A DNA stretch of 64,000 bases from Epiperipatus broadwayi (lineage: Eukaryota > Animalia > Onychophora), in contig JAQFVV010000010.1 of assembly GCA_028023455.1 (NCBI GenBank), forward strand, positions 12,400,001-12,464,000, written 5' to 3'. The number at the start of each line of letters is the position of its first letter. Positions within the stretch are counted from its first letter, which is position 1. A program made the position numbers and the translations under genes. The notes below the pieces were generated by a model. The model was not told the DNA's origin and ran no database searches. It saw nothing but the letters and a program-made list of their open reading frames with translations. Below are positions 38,201 through 51,765 of this stretch, one piece after another.

Positions 38201-39399
38201 TTTGTTATTACACATTTTCTTATATTATTAATTTTTTTCTGCAGTATCACTAATTTTTTCTGTATCATTTTATAGAAATCAATATTCAGTTCTTCAAAAT
38301 AAGTCACGTTTAATTATTTTCATATTCTACCTTTTCTGCTCACATTCACATTGACTTATCTTAGTTGAAAATTTAAGGCAATTTTTTTTGTTTGTTCCAG
38401 TTATATAATCGTTCTTAATAGAATACATGAGATACAGTTGAACTGCTAACTATGTTATATTTTGTTCTTAGCCCCCTACACACATATATAGTAGTATATT
38501 ATAATTCATATTTTGTTGATAAACATTGACTAGAATAGAATACATATTGTTTACTGAACTGCACAAGTATACAGTAATTTTCAACACACACACAACACAA
38601 TTGCTTTTTTATATATATAGTACACATATAAAATCAAAATTATAGTATAAATAAAATTTTACAAAATAATAATATAGTTACTAAAAAGAAATTGATGAAA
38701 CACATTTATGTACATTTTATAAAGTGTGTGTTTAGCAATAATAATAATTTTTATATTTAAAATAAATAAAATGTCTGACTTTTATCTATTAAATATGCTT
38801 TGGGAGATATTCTCTTTTTTTCTATAACATTTTTCTCTTTTAGAAACATAATAGAATAATTTCTTTATCAAGATTTTTACAATCTCTCTAATTATTTTAA
38901 TGTTTTTAAATCATTCATAACTTTAATTATGTTCTAAGTAAAACTTTTAACATTACGCTCAAAAAATATTTTATTATGCAAAATAATGCACATCAAATTC
39001 AGAAAGGATAATAAATGAAGAATAAAACGTGTGTGCTTTCAACATAGACAGAATAAATTTTATTTATATAATTATCATTAATACCAGTCAACACTTAGAC
39101 AGTCCCAATATCAATAACAATCAACATCCTCAAACTGTTGTCAAGGCAATCTTCTTTTAACAATAATCATGTATGGTGCTCAGGGACTTAAAGCTATTTA
39201 CAAATTTCACTTTTTTTTTTTTTAATGATAGTGCTGAGAGAAGAAAAAATACCTGCCAAATATTGTAAACTTTGCAAATTTTAATGGGGGGGGGGGTGTT
39301 GTTCGTTTATTTACATTTTTGTTTATTTATATTTTTCTTTGAATAACATTTAATTGAAATCATGTAGTTAGATATAGTGAAATTTGCAGCTTCCTATAA

Positions 39400-40900
39400 A
39401 TCTACACAAAATTCAAAGCAGCGATGATGTGAAATTAAACCAACTAACATTAAGCAAATATGATTAATTAAAATTTTTAAATTACTGTATTTTTTAAAAA
39501 CAAATATTCATCAGTAAAGAGATTGGAGAGAAAAGTGGCTGCGAACGTATATATATAATAACGAATCTATAAAAAAAATATAAAATTTTTCTTAATAGAA
39601 ATCGGTAATAATTATTTAATACTAAAAAAATCGTTTCAAAACAATAAACTACAGTAGCATAATGTACAGTAGTGATCATGTGATGTTTTATTGATGCAAA
39701 AATAAACTAATAATATAGGTATTAAGTTTTAGACTAGAATTACAAAACTTTTTGTTAAACTAAAAAAAATCGTATATTACAGTAACTTACTATTATTATA
39801 GTTTATGCGGTCCTATATACTAGCCATCAATCATAACGTACAATCACCATTTTATTCATTAAAATAACAAAAATAAAATTTACCTTATTTTACAAATTTC
39901 AACGTAACTTTCCAAAGACCTAGTGTTGAGTGTAGACAATCCTCTATAATATTTTTACGTACAAGTTAATCATTGTCTTAAAGAACATTTATTAAAATAA
40001 CTGTGTAAAAATATATGTATGTGTTTTATTAAAACAAAGTTTTCAACGTAAACATTGCATTCGATTATATATATGAAGAAAGAGAGAGACAGAAATAGAT
40101 ATTGTTTTCGATTATATTTTTCTGGTAAAGTATGTTTGGACGCTTAGTTCCGTAAGTGTATTTGTTTAATTAAAGGAGTGATTTTCTTTATATATCAAAC
40201 AGACTTAAAATTGAATTGCACAATCCATATGAAAATATCCGAACTCAAAAGCATTTGTTTATTTTCAGCTGAAACTTTTTTTTATCTCTAAGAGTTAATG
40301 ATTGTTATTATTTCAGTTTCATTGCACATGTTATTTGTAGTCTACTTTTTAATTTAAGCTGAGCTCGTATTTTTAATAGATTAATTGTGACATTACACTT
40401 CTTTTTGTTGCTGAGGCAGTTTTCTGTTTTAACAATTTGGTCTTATATTTATTTTTTCTAATTCTTTATCTTTGGTTTTGGAAAACTAATAGACCATTTA
40501 TTATGCAAGTAATATCTCAAATTTTACAACCTCTTATGGGATCTGCTCGTATATTCTCTCTTTGATATATCTAATCGTGTCTCCAAATTATTTCATTCTT
40601 TGCAATTTATAATTTAAATATTGGTAGTTTATGCAACATATTCAAATTAAAAAAAAGTCATATTTTGTCCTATGCAATATCGAAGAAACACATTGAAGTA
40701 TTTTTATTTAAATTGATTATTCATATTACTAAAGAATTGTGATTAAATTAAGCATTATATTTTTATAGGCATGAAATGGGCTGATTGTATGTAGCTAAAC
40801 CAATACCCCCCTTTTTTTTTTTTGAGACTGGTATCGAAGTTCGACATTGAAGAAGAGTAGAAAAATATTAATGCTTAAAAATTGTTTTGCTAATGAGAAT
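39400..40900. promoter_or_regulatory. CpG-retaining region; probable AQR promoter and non-coding first exon, possibly bidirectional
   Basis: Many CG dinucleotides against a CG-poor background; GA repeat near 40081; plus-strand donor-like CTG|GTAAAG (about 40125) and TCC|GTAAGT (about 40152); minus-strand donor-like AAG|GTAAAT near 39883. Confidence 0.4.
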
Positions 40901-43260
40901 TTTAGAAATTTCCATAGTTATCAAGGATAATCAGTTACTTGACACACCAACAGATTTGACATAGAATTTTTACATGAAACACAAATAACCAGTTTGAAAT
41001 TGCTTTATTTTGATCATATTAAAAGACCAAATTTTTATTTTTTGTTATTTCAATGCATCCGTTAATAGGAACAGTAAATTTTGGAAATAATGGTATTAAC
41101 TATGTCAACTCAAATAATCTACTATTGTTGAACTTATGTACAGATTTACTATCAAGAATACCTTGTTTAGACAGGAAAAAATGCTGTAACGATTGGATAA
41201 ATCAAATTTAAACAATAAAGTTGTTAAAAGTTAGGAGCCATTAGTATTACGTGAGCATATATAGATTATTGAACAGATTATAAATTAGTATGCTTCAAAG
41301 TTAAAATAATAGTTATATTAAAAAATTAGTACTTTTTAGAATAAACTATTCATGCTAAATTTCTATAGATATTAAACATTAATATTATTGATTTCTATTT
41401 TCATGCTCATAAGCATAGTGATATTGAAAATGGTGGTATTGTAACTGATTTGTTTGAAAAGATATTTGAATATTCTGTTTGGTAAGATACTGCAAAGGGA
41501 ATATATTTATTGCTTGATATCGATTACTTTGGAACTGCTTTTGACAAAGTGGCAAATAGACCTGCAGAAATCTTAATACTATTTTATATGATAATGCTGA
41601 TATTTCAACCATCTTTTGAATAATGATAATAAATTTTGAATGATATAACCATTCTACTCATTTGGATACAGATAAAGTTATCTGTCTTAATAGAACTAAA
41701 ACAGCTTTAATCTTTAAATAAAAAGACTGCAGGTTCTTGTGGGATATCTAGAGAAGTTTTAAAAAGTGTTGGTGATAGCTTCAAAATTATTGCAATTTTT
41801 ATTAATATAAGAAACCATGAAGAAATTGTTATCTTAAGAATGCTTCTATATATTTCCACTTTATAAAAGATAAAATAGAAAAATAATTATTAAGACATAT
41901 CATTGTTATCCAATGCAACAAAAGTATTTTCAGATTTTTATTAAATAGTTTGTTTCCAATTATAGATAAATGCTTAGCAGAAACTGAATATGAGTTTAGA
42001 GGATCAAAAAGTCTAGAGATATGATTTTTTTGTTGCCAGATAAATGCAAGAAAAGTATATTAAAGAATAATATGATTTATATATAGTTTTTATCAATTTT
42101 TTCAAAATATTTTATTTAATTAATTAAAAAGATTACACTAGTGTTGAAATTAGTCTTATGTTTACCAAAATTTATTTATTCAGCTACTTGATGAAATAAG
42201 AAGTGTTTCTGTCACTGTTGGGAAATCTGAGACTTTTGAAATGAGAATTGGTGTTGAATATGTACCGGCTTCAACTTTGTTTCCATTTTTATAATTGATT
42301 TTTGGAACAATTTATAAATGATCTTGAAATAAGCATCGATATGTGATATTGGTTTTATAGTCAACTTTTTTAATTTGAACTGATTAAGAGCAATATGAGA
42401 ACTTTATTTTTTCTGTCTTTTAAATTTACATTGTATTTTATCAAATATTTTTAATGTTTTAAACGCTATGGTACTTTAGTATTGGACCTGCTGTGAAATA
42501 TCACAGCCATACTGGGTTAGGGTTGAGATTGAGTTTCATCACAGCAGGTCTAATATTAAAGTACCAATGCATTTATAAAAAATTTGATTTAATAATTAAA
42601 TGTTTAAAAAAAAAAAAAAACCTTATTAGTAAGTAATGGAAGAAAAATCTTCACTTTTTAGCTTGGATAGTTAACAACCTGATAATGTGAATCGTTTTAA
42701 ATAAGTTTATAACTATTTTGTTTAAGAAAGCAGATTTGAATATTGATTGAGATGCTATATCACTCCAGCCTGTTGGTGCTGCATTTAACTGTTTAAAAGA
42801 TAATATATTATATTATACACTAAGATAACTATATCAACTAAATTAGTTAGATATAGAGGTTTACTTTGGCTATTTTATTGCATAGAAATGAGATATGGAC
42901 TAAAGGCATTGATAAAATCTCATTTAAGGGTACTTGTAAAATTATCAAAATACAATAGCAAAAACTAGTTAATATATATTTCAGCATGCTCCATGTGATA
43001 CTACAGAATCTACGATTGCAAATGGACATCTTCATGGAATTGAGCCTATGAAATGAATGAACACTAATAGACTTTCCAAAGCAGTATTTTATGGTGAACT
43101 TGAGCATAGTTTTTATTAGAAAGGCAGACTCTATTTATTTTATTACGATTTTCATAAAGGAACTCTAAAAAGGTGCAATATTGATTGTCTTCATTAAAGG
43201 AATATGATTGAAAATAGTATATAAACCTAAATGTTAAAAGTTTTCAAAAGACATCATCAG
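40850..43260 (+). mobile_element. Highly degenerate RTE (BovB-like) LINE
   Basis: Broken frames: DIEFLHET (endonuclease), KTAGSCGISREVLK, and RLSKAVFYGEL (C-terminus). Confidence 0.55.
42470..42565. repeat. Small fold-back inside the RTE remnant
   Basis: GGTACTTTAGTATTGGACCTGCTGTGA versus TCACAGCAGGTCTAATATTAAAGTACC (25/27 match). Confidence 0.8.
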
Positions 43261-43506
43261 AAAATTTCAAAAAAACAGTCTAAAGGACCTGTATACTGTA
43301 TATGTTGATAGTAATATATTTCATGCATTGGTTTGTATAATAATTTTTAATTCTTCGTCTTTAGAATGGTTGCATTCATTTGTGAGTGCTTATGAATGCT
43401 GATGATGATTATAATATGATCTCATTCATTAGACATCTGAAAAAGTTGTTGATGAAAGAGACGTGAAAATTCAGTCAAATAATGGATTCTCAGTTGTAAT
43501 GCTGTT

Positions 43507-43649
43507 AAACCACTAAACATCACATGATCACTATCTCATACTAGCACATAATTGTTATTAAACAATTCAAAACAAAGCAAAACTCTCCATATAGTAGTTG
43601 TTCTTGTTAGCACAAGATGGCACTACTATATGGAGAGTTTTGCTTTGTT
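43507..43649 (-). mobile_element. Short retroposed repeat with internal inversion and 13-bp TSD
   Basis: TSD TTGTAATGCTGTT at 43494-43506 and 43650-43662; conserved end AAACATCACATGATCAC; hairpin CAAAACAAAGCAAAACTCTCCATATAGTAGT with its reverse complement. Confidence 0.8.
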
Positions 43650-45432
43650 TTGTAATGCTGTTCATATAATCACATTTTCCAAAGTGACTAGTAAATTTTT
43701 AGATATCGGCACATTAAAAAAGTGAAATATTTGTAAGCATTGCTAATTAGCAACAAATTCATTACAGATTTATATATATATATTATAAATTATACTCTAG
43801 CAGAGTATTAGCATCTATATATTACATATATTTTTAATATTCCTTATTGTTTAGGCAATATGAAAAAATCACATGCCATATCTTAGGTAGAAAATATTAA
43901 TTATCTTTTTCATATTCACAAATTATATAAAATCAGTCGATTGTTATTTTCACAATCGTTTTCTTTAATCTCAAATATTATTTATACTTTTCTAGTTCTA
44001 CCACTTAATAAAAGTTTGAATGATCAATAAATGCTAGATGATGGTGCTTTTTAAATCTGTATCTAGTGCTATCCTATCCATATGTCAGACTAGTTCTGGC
44101 TTATGATTTATTTCAGCGTGGAGTTTTGAATCTGTATCTGATATATATGGACTTTTTGGATCTAATACATTTTTTCTCCAGTAATTCACCATTTATTCTT
44201 TGTTCTATAAAGTCACACCCACATTCATTCTTCCTTTAAGAGAATTCATCTGATATTTAGTTAAAAGCTAGCAACTGAGAAGAAACTCAGAGGTAAAAAG
44301 TCAATAAACTCATCACACTGATTGATATGTATTAGTGAGCACCATATCTATATTCATATAGTAATAACTGATAACATCAAAAACATATAGAATGGACATT
44401 AATTCGTTTTGCTCAATTCTTTTAAGATTTCAAATAGCAATCAAAAGGTCTCGTTTCAGTTAACACAGACTTCTTTTTGCAATAAGAAGCACAAAAAGCA
44501 TTTTATAAATTTATATTATTATTAATAAAATATAGTATACAGAAAGTATTTTTATTTGTAGAAAAGTATAAATATTAAAATTAATGTTAATTTAAACGTT
44601 CAGCTTAGTTAAGATGCTTTAAAAAGTGGAAAGTTTATAATAGGTGGTTAATGGTCGATTGTTATTATTTGCTTGTAATATTTTGAGTTCAGTGTCCATA
44701 GATTAATCTATGAACTAAAAAAAACTAAATGTCAGTAAATTAAATTATTTTGAATTATAGATAATTGAAATCTTTAAATATGATACTTATAGATATACAG
44801 AGATTACTGTATATGGGAATAACTTAATAAATACATTGAAAATAGTTATAAAAAATAAAATATGAATCTAAAAAGACATGAGGAATAATTATCTTTGTTC
44901 ATGTTCGTATCATTTCTATTGACATTAATACATTTGCTTTATCTCTGTACCAGTTTCTCAAGCCAATAGCATAGAGGTCTTTTTACTGTTGATTCAGTCA
45001 CATAGGCATTTTTTTTTTCAATTTCTTCATGTTCTGCACAGAAATATGAATACCTTGATATGATAAATATTTTTCTTTATAAGGACTAAGTATTTTTTTA
45101 TGAATATCAGTTGGAATTTTTTGACCCCAAAAATTAGGCAGTTGCATGCTTTTCTTCGGAAGTACATTGTTCAAGTATGATCACCATTTTAACTCCTGAA
45201 TATGCTTGTATGTTATCAAGATTGTGATTAAGTAGAACAAGATGTTGTAAAAGTTTATTAATGTTGTGATTACATCCATGAAGCTATCTATTATATTTCT
45301 ATCATTCTAATCTTTGCTTTCATTTATTTAGTTTCAGATGTATATGTACAAATTCAAGTATATCTGCAAACTATCAATTTCTTTTTTATAAAATATATCT
45401 GTTGGCTAACAAGAATTAACATGTTATATTAA

Positions 45433-46128
45433 TTGTAAATTAGCGATCAGGCTAATGCACATGCATTTTAAAGATTTTAAACTACGTAAATGAATACTCT
45501 CATTCTCAAACACAAGATAAAGTCTTTATGAAAAGATAGAATGAATCCATCTATCTTTTCAACCCAAACATTTAAGTATGGGCCAATCTTAAGTGTTTGG
45601 AGATGAGAGCGTGAAGATATTAAGCAGTCACTTTAAATTACTTTATTATGCTTGAATGAATGATGCTTGCGAAATTATTTAAAATTTACTATACATTATT
45701 CTTAGTTAAAGTTAAACATATATATAATAAGGTATTTATTTATATAGCACTATGTTAATAAATTGTAAACATATATATAATAAGGTATTTATTTCTATAA
45801 CACTATGTTAACAAATTGTAATTAACTTCAACTAAGAATGACGTAAAGTTTAAATAATTTCACAAGCATCATTCATTCAAGCATAATAAAGTAATTTAAA
45901 GTGACAGCTTAATATCTCCACACTCTCATCTCCAAAAACTTAAGATTGGCCCATACTTAAACATTTGGGTTGAAATGATTTTCATAAAGACTTTATCTTG
46001 TGTTTGGGAATGAGAGTATTCATTTATGTATAGTTTAAAATCTGTAAGGCACATGTGCATTAGCCTGATCGCTAATTTACAATTACAATTTATTAACATA
46101 GCGCTATATAAATAAATACCTTATTATA
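45433..46128. mobile_element. Large fold-back insertion with 15-bp TSD
   Basis: Arms of about 280 bp (45431-45712 and about 45820-46084); the spacer is two copies of an approximately 55-bp unit and the tail is that unit inverted; TSD AACATGTTATATTAA at 45418-45432 and 46129-46143. Confidence 0.9.
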
Positions 46129-46548
46129 AACATGTTATATTAAGTAATATCTTTTCATCTGTAAATTATGTACTGTATCTCATTCATTGTTAATACCGTA
46201 TTTATTGTCATTTTTGTATATAGTTTTTGTACACAAATTCTATAATGTCATTGGTTTGATCAGTTTTTTTTCCTCACTAATTATTATGAACTGTTTTCAT
46301 TTTTTCTACAAATATTTAATTTTTATACATCTATAATCTTTTTTATGCAACAATGAAGATTAGCTTCTTTTTTTTTCCAGTAATTTACATCAAGATTGTG
46401 CTAGAAATCTATAACAAAATTATCTGAAATGAAGAATATGTATTTTTTTTTTGTTATAGTTACTTTCTAATAAAAAAAAATTAAGTCAAGTCCGTATGAG
46501 GGCCATGGAAATATATTATAAGTAATATTAAATGATAATCTTTTGAAA

Positions 46549-46620
46549 ATGAATACTGGACGGAAAAAATTAGATCCAGCACCTACAGTTGAGCAGATTA
46601 ATGCAGATATTTTGACACAG
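46549..46620 (+). CDS. AQR: RNA helicase Aquarius, coding exon 1
   Basis: MNTGRKKLDPAPTVEQINADILTQ matches the recalled AQR N-terminus (APTVSQINAEFVTQ); CAG|GTAAGG donor, phase 0; in-frame stop upstream. Confidence 0.95.
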
Positions 46621-47072
46621 GTAAGGCATTTATTTTTTGATAAAATAGAATGTACATTCATTAATTAAAACGTTATTATCAAATATTATTTTTTAATTAG
46701 TAATTATTGCTCGTTAGTTTGAAAATTTATGTTGCTTATTATTTATGTAGAATTGAAAATTAAGTATATTTAATATTTCGAGGAGAAATTTAACTTATTA
46801 GTTTTTTTTCCTATGGAATTCTTGTTGCTCAAATTATATTTTTCCAGATATTTACATTCTGTACAAAGTTTCCAGGTATTTTATGAAGGAAAAAAAAAGT
46901 CAAATTTTTAGAAAAGAATAGTTTTTCTGATGTGGAATTAATGCTTTTAAATATTTGTTGTTATCTTTTAATTTGATTTGATTTTATAAAATAGGCAAAA
47001 TAAATACTATGACTATTCTGTTAATTTATTCTCAGTTTGGACAACGACATTCAGCTTAGTGAAGTTAAAATA

Positions 47073-47173
47073 CCAGCAAGCATCACATGATCACATCTCC
47101 AATACTAGCACATAATTGTTTATAAACAAAGCAAAGCACAGGTGGCACTACTATATGGAGTTTTGCTTTGCTT
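47073..47173 (-). mobile_element. Short retroposed repeat with 13-bp TSD
   Basis: TSD TGAAGTTAAAATA at 47060-47072 and 47174-47186; same family as 43507. Confidence 0.8.
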
Positions 47174-47189
47174 TGAAGTTAAAATAGTT

Positions 47190-48600
47190 TTTTATAGTCC
47201 TAAAAATGGAAAACCTGCAAGTCCTGATGAAATACCCGGAGAAGCTTTAAAATATGGAAGTGGTATGTTATCTTCAAAAATATTGGAATTTTTTAGGAAT
47301 ATATGAACTTCTGAAGTTACGATGCCTAATCTTAAAGGTGCTTATATTGTTCCACTTTTTATATATAAAAGCAATAGACAAGATTGCAGTGATTATCGTA
47401 AAAGTATTTATTATCTACTACAGCAAATTAAATTCAAGGATTTTGTTGAATAGATTGCTTCCAGTCATAAATCATTGCTTACTAGAAATGCAATGTGGTT
47501 TTGAGAATCAAGGACCACTATAGACAATGTTTTTGTTGATAGGCAAATATAAGAAAAATGGTGGGAACAAAAATGTGATTTATATATTGCTTTTGTTGAT
47601 TTTGTCAAAACGTTTTTGATATTGTTTGAAATTGCAGCTTCTACATGATGGAATGAAAGGAATGTTATTACTATATGCGGAAAATTTGCAGCATTTTAAA
47701 TGAAAATTGGTGTTAAACAAGGCTGTATACTTGCTCCAATATTGTTTTCAATTTTTATGACAGTGGTCTTTGGAACTGTTTAAAGGCAATGTAATGAAAA
47801 GGGGACCAAGATGCAATACATGTTTGGTGGTAGAATTTTAATTTGAATCGATTAAAAGTGAAAAGAACTTCATCTTCATTGGATTTTGGATTTATAGTAT
47901 GCTGATAATTGGGCTATTTTTTGCCATTTCAAAAGATTATGTGCAAAATATATTTAATGTTTTGTATGCAACTTACAAAGACTTTGGTTTAATAATTAAT
48001 GCTTAAAAAAACTCAGTTTTTTTTAATCCAGTGATAGAAGAAGAATCCTCAGTAATCTGAAGTTTGAATAGTTACTAACTTGCCAATGTAAATCTATTTA
48101 AGTAAATGGATTTAGATTTTAAGATGCAAAACAGATTCCAATGTGCAGTTGCTGCTTTTAACAAGTTAAACGGTAGGGTTTTTTATCGCTGAGAAATAAC
48201 TATTGCAGTTAATTTAGTTGTATAGAGAACTGTTAATTTACTGATTTATTGTATGGAAGTGAGATCTGGACATCCTATCTACACAATATAGAGGCATTGG
48301 AAAAGTTGGATATAAGGATGCTCTATAAAATTTTAAAAATACAATTGCAAGATCATATCAATGTGTTCTTCAATCTGTTGTATATGATTGTAAAGTGACA
48401 CTTTAGTTAGATTACACATGGAAAACAACAGAACAATATAACACTTCCTAAATGACTGTTTATGTAAGCTTGAGAATTATTTTCATGGAAGAGGTAGAAT
48501 CTGTTTAGATTATAAGAAATATTTCAAAAATTATTCTACAGAAATGCCATGTTGATTGTTGGAAGATATCGATTTGACTGCTACAATTAGACATGGTATT
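47190..48600 (+). mobile_element. Degenerate RTE (BovB-like) RT region in AQR intron 1
   Basis: KNGKPASPDEIPGEALKYG, GVKQGCILAPILFSI, YADN, YGSEIWT in broken frames. Confidence 0.8.
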
Positions 48601-48990
48601 GAAGTATTTCAAAAAGATAAGTTTTCTGTTGAAGAAATAAAAAATATCAGAAAAATAGATCAACATGTTTTATATATAGATATAAGTCATCACTAAACTC
48701 ATCTCTTGAGCGGCTTTTTTTTCTTTTAGTAGATGGAATGACTATACTCATTTACAAGTGGTTGTTGTATATATTTATAATCATAAGTTTATAGTTTTTC
48801 TCTATCTAAATTGAAAGATGCAAGCCAAAGAAAAAAAAATCCACTTATATAGATTTGGATTTTCTTGGTAAGCATTTTGGGAACTTGACAACTTACTAAA
48901 TCCTAAGAATTTAAATGATATATGAATGTGAGGTATTAAGACAATAAACCCAATTACTTAAGATTTTAATAGGTTTTATAAATGTAGATG

Positions 48991-49114
48991 ATAACAATCA
49001 ATGCTTAAGCTGTCAACAATCTCAACCTGTAGTCATGACAACCTTCTTTATTGTTAAAGGAGGTTGCTTTGACTACAGGTTGAGATTGTTGATAGCTTAA
49101 GGGTTGATTATTAT
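48991..49114. repeat. Fold-back with about 60-bp arms and a 4-nt loop
   Basis: GCTTAAGCTGTCAACAATCTCAACCTGTAGTCA versus TGACTACAGGTTGAGATTGTTGATAGCTTAAG; possible TSD ATGT(G/T)AGGTATTA at 48926 and 49113. Confidence 0.8.
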
Positions 49115-49606
49115 GTTAGGTATTATGTGAGCAAGTAGTAGCTGAGAAGAAAATCTTTAAAAAACAAACAAATCAAAATATTTCAATAATTAAAGTTTTA
49201 ATAAAAAAAGATGAAAAGAGTTGAAAGATATACAAGATGTAATTTCTAACATAAAATTATAAAAACAAAAGTATTTAAAAATATATAAGCCATAATATTT
49301 GTTTCTTTATCCCAAATGAAAGAACAATTGAAGAATGAAAAAACGTAAAATTTTTTAGTTTACTGATGAAGCTAGTAATGCAATAATTTATTGAACATAT
49401 GAAAATGAAATTTCTGTTATCATTTCTGCTGATGTATGTCAGAAAGTACTGTAGCAAGTAAAATGGTTGAAACTCTTACTGAAGTGGTGAAGATTCAATC
49501 ATTTTTATTTCTGGGATACTTTAAAGAAGACAACTTTCTTTGAAGCACAAATGATGCACCCTATATTATTATTATTACATAAACAAGATGAAAGAAAATA
49601 AAACCA

Positions 49607-49755
49607 TCAAAACATCACATGATCACTATTTCCTATGCTTACACAAGCTGTTATTAGCAATAGCTCTCCATACAGTAGTGCCACCCACGGAAATCTTCCT
49701 GCATCCATTGATTATTAAGGCTTGCACTGGATGATACTACTGTGTGGAGAGTTTG
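49607..49755 (-). mobile_element. Short retroposed repeat with internal inversion
   Basis: AAACATCACATGATCAC end; CTCTCCATACAGTAGT...ACTACTGTGTGGAGAG. Confidence 0.7.
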
Positions 49756-49852
49756 GTAGGACAGGCAACAAGATGGGTGACAAAAGTGGTACAGTATGTA
49801 GAAGATTTGGATAAAAAAGATTTTATATCAGTATACTTATACAAAAGATGGG

Positions 49853-50353
49853 ATGATTGTGTTAGGAGGATTGTTGAGTGTTATAATGACAATGAATGGG
49901 GATAGAAAAATAGATTCATTACTAAAAAATAGGAGATGGAGAACTAGTCTTGAGAGTAAAAAGAGTTTAAATATATATAGAAATAAACAGAATGTTGAGT
50001 GTGAATTAATTTACAATAATAGCAAGGAAAGTAGTTTACTGTTTAAGACTCTAACAAGATCATTAGCAATAAGGGAATATACAAATAAATGGAGAGATGT
50101 GGGTTATTTAGTCTGCAAGTTATGTAAGAAAAGCATGGAAAATATTAGGCATTTGCTAATTGAATGTAAATGCTTACAAGTAGAAAAGGTACAAATAATG
50201 AAGTTATGGGAGAATAAATATAAACAAAGTGATTATATAGAAAGTGGGTTCTTGGTTTTTAAGCTGGGTTTGGAAAAAAATGAGGGGAATCTAGATATAA
50301 AGTCTGTAGAGTGGGCAAAGATTATGTTGTGGAAATGGGATGGAGCAGGATAG
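49853..50353 (+). mobile_element. Non-LTR retrotransposon C-terminal zinc-knuckle fragment
   Basis: WRTSLESKKSLNIYR...YNNSKESSLLFK...CKLCKKSMENIRHLLIEC, a CX2CX7HX4C knuckle typical of LINE ORF2 ends; clade not assigned. Confidence 0.7.
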
Positions 50354-51029
50354 AGAAAAATATGAGAAAAACAGGGTGGAGAATGGAAAGGGAAGGTAAG
50401 GTGGCTGACAGGTTTCTCTCAGCATGGTTACTGTGAGATTCCTGACTTCGATAAAGAAGTAGCCATATCACATCACATATTGCTAATTAAAGAAAATATT
50501 TAAGAATTACCAACTTATTCATTTCAAATTACTTTAGAAATCTTTCATTACAGTTTTGTGTAAATATGCATCTGATTCACTCAAGAGAGTAAACAAGATT
50601 TAGGAATGGAATTTGCATCGTGAATTCATAAGTGAAATAATTCAAAGATATAAAAAATATCAATTTCTAATAAATTGAGATTTAATTGATCAAGAAATTA
50701 CTTTTATTTCTCTGTATAATCATCTGCTATTAGTGCCATAGAAAGCTAGGAATTAAAAAAATTTAGAAATTTACAATTTTTTTTTTTTTTTCATTTATCC
50801 AACTATTCCAAAATATTATCAATTTCAAGATAGATAGAGGGAAATATACCACTTTGTTTAAAATTATTCTCTCTGAATTAAGAAAAACATTTTTTAAAAA
50901 TTTGAAATGAATAATCGCTTTTCAAGACAAGTGGTTATTATCTAAGTCATCTTAGAATTAGGAATGATAATTTTATTACCAACTCATTCTCCTCTGTCCT
51001 TATTATTACATCATTTATTGTAAGGTGGA

Positions 51030-51765
51030 ATAATCATTGATTACCAGATAATGGTGTAATTTAATCCCCATTTTCAAATTGACTTCTGGATTTTGTCTTT
51101 TATCAATAAAAGTTGAGATTCAAAGCTGGAGTTAATGCAGTTATATTGTTTGGGAGTCACTTTTAAGTTCTTTATATAATAGTTTGAAATTCAAAAAATC
51201 CTAAAGATTTGAAATCAAATCAACCTTTTTGTACTGTTATATATGTCTGATTCCAAGTCAATAACTATAATTTAAAGACCTCATTGATAAAATCAAAAGC
51301 TAGAAACTTTTCTAAGAATGGAGATTAAATTATCCAACATCGAACTACTGCTTATTTCCGCTTACTGTAAATGATGCCAAAGAAATCGAGACTGCTTTTA
51401 TTTATATCGTAATCAGTTAAAAGAATTAAATGAAATTGTGTGGCATTAACATTACTAGCAAAGAGAAAAAAGTATTCCTGTATTAAATCAGAAATGAGAT
51501 TACTAAAAAGTATATATATTTCTCTGGTGACGCTTCTATTTATCTATAAGTATATTAGCTTGAATTCAAAACCTTCGAATTTTTTAAATTTCGGATTATT
51601 AGCTTGAAAGTAAGAAAGAAATTAAAGTTGACTTCCAGATATATGGATGGCTCGAGATTTGAATTCCAAGATCTCACTGGTAAAGACAAAATCCAGAAAC
51701 TGGTCACCCAAAATGGGAATTAAATTGCATTACCACCTGGTAACTACTGATTATTGTAATTTATA
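51030..51765. repeat. Old diverged fold-back with about 220-bp arms
   Basis: The reverse complement of 51030-51230 aligns with about 51550-51765 (AAAGACAAAATCCAGAA; AAATGGG(G/A)ATTAAATT). Confidence 0.6.

Noticed and set aside
42514-42525. GGGTTAGGGTTG telomere-like motif in a hairpin loop
   Set aside because: Too short to exceed chance.
45000-45380. Minus frame faintly resembling PLE reverse transcriptase
   Set aside because: Similarity too weak, with internal stops.
46467-46661. Minus-strand track ORF
   Set aside because: Antisense shadow of AQR exon 1; the antisense ORFs over the RTE, gypsy and Merlin remnants were rejected for the same reason.
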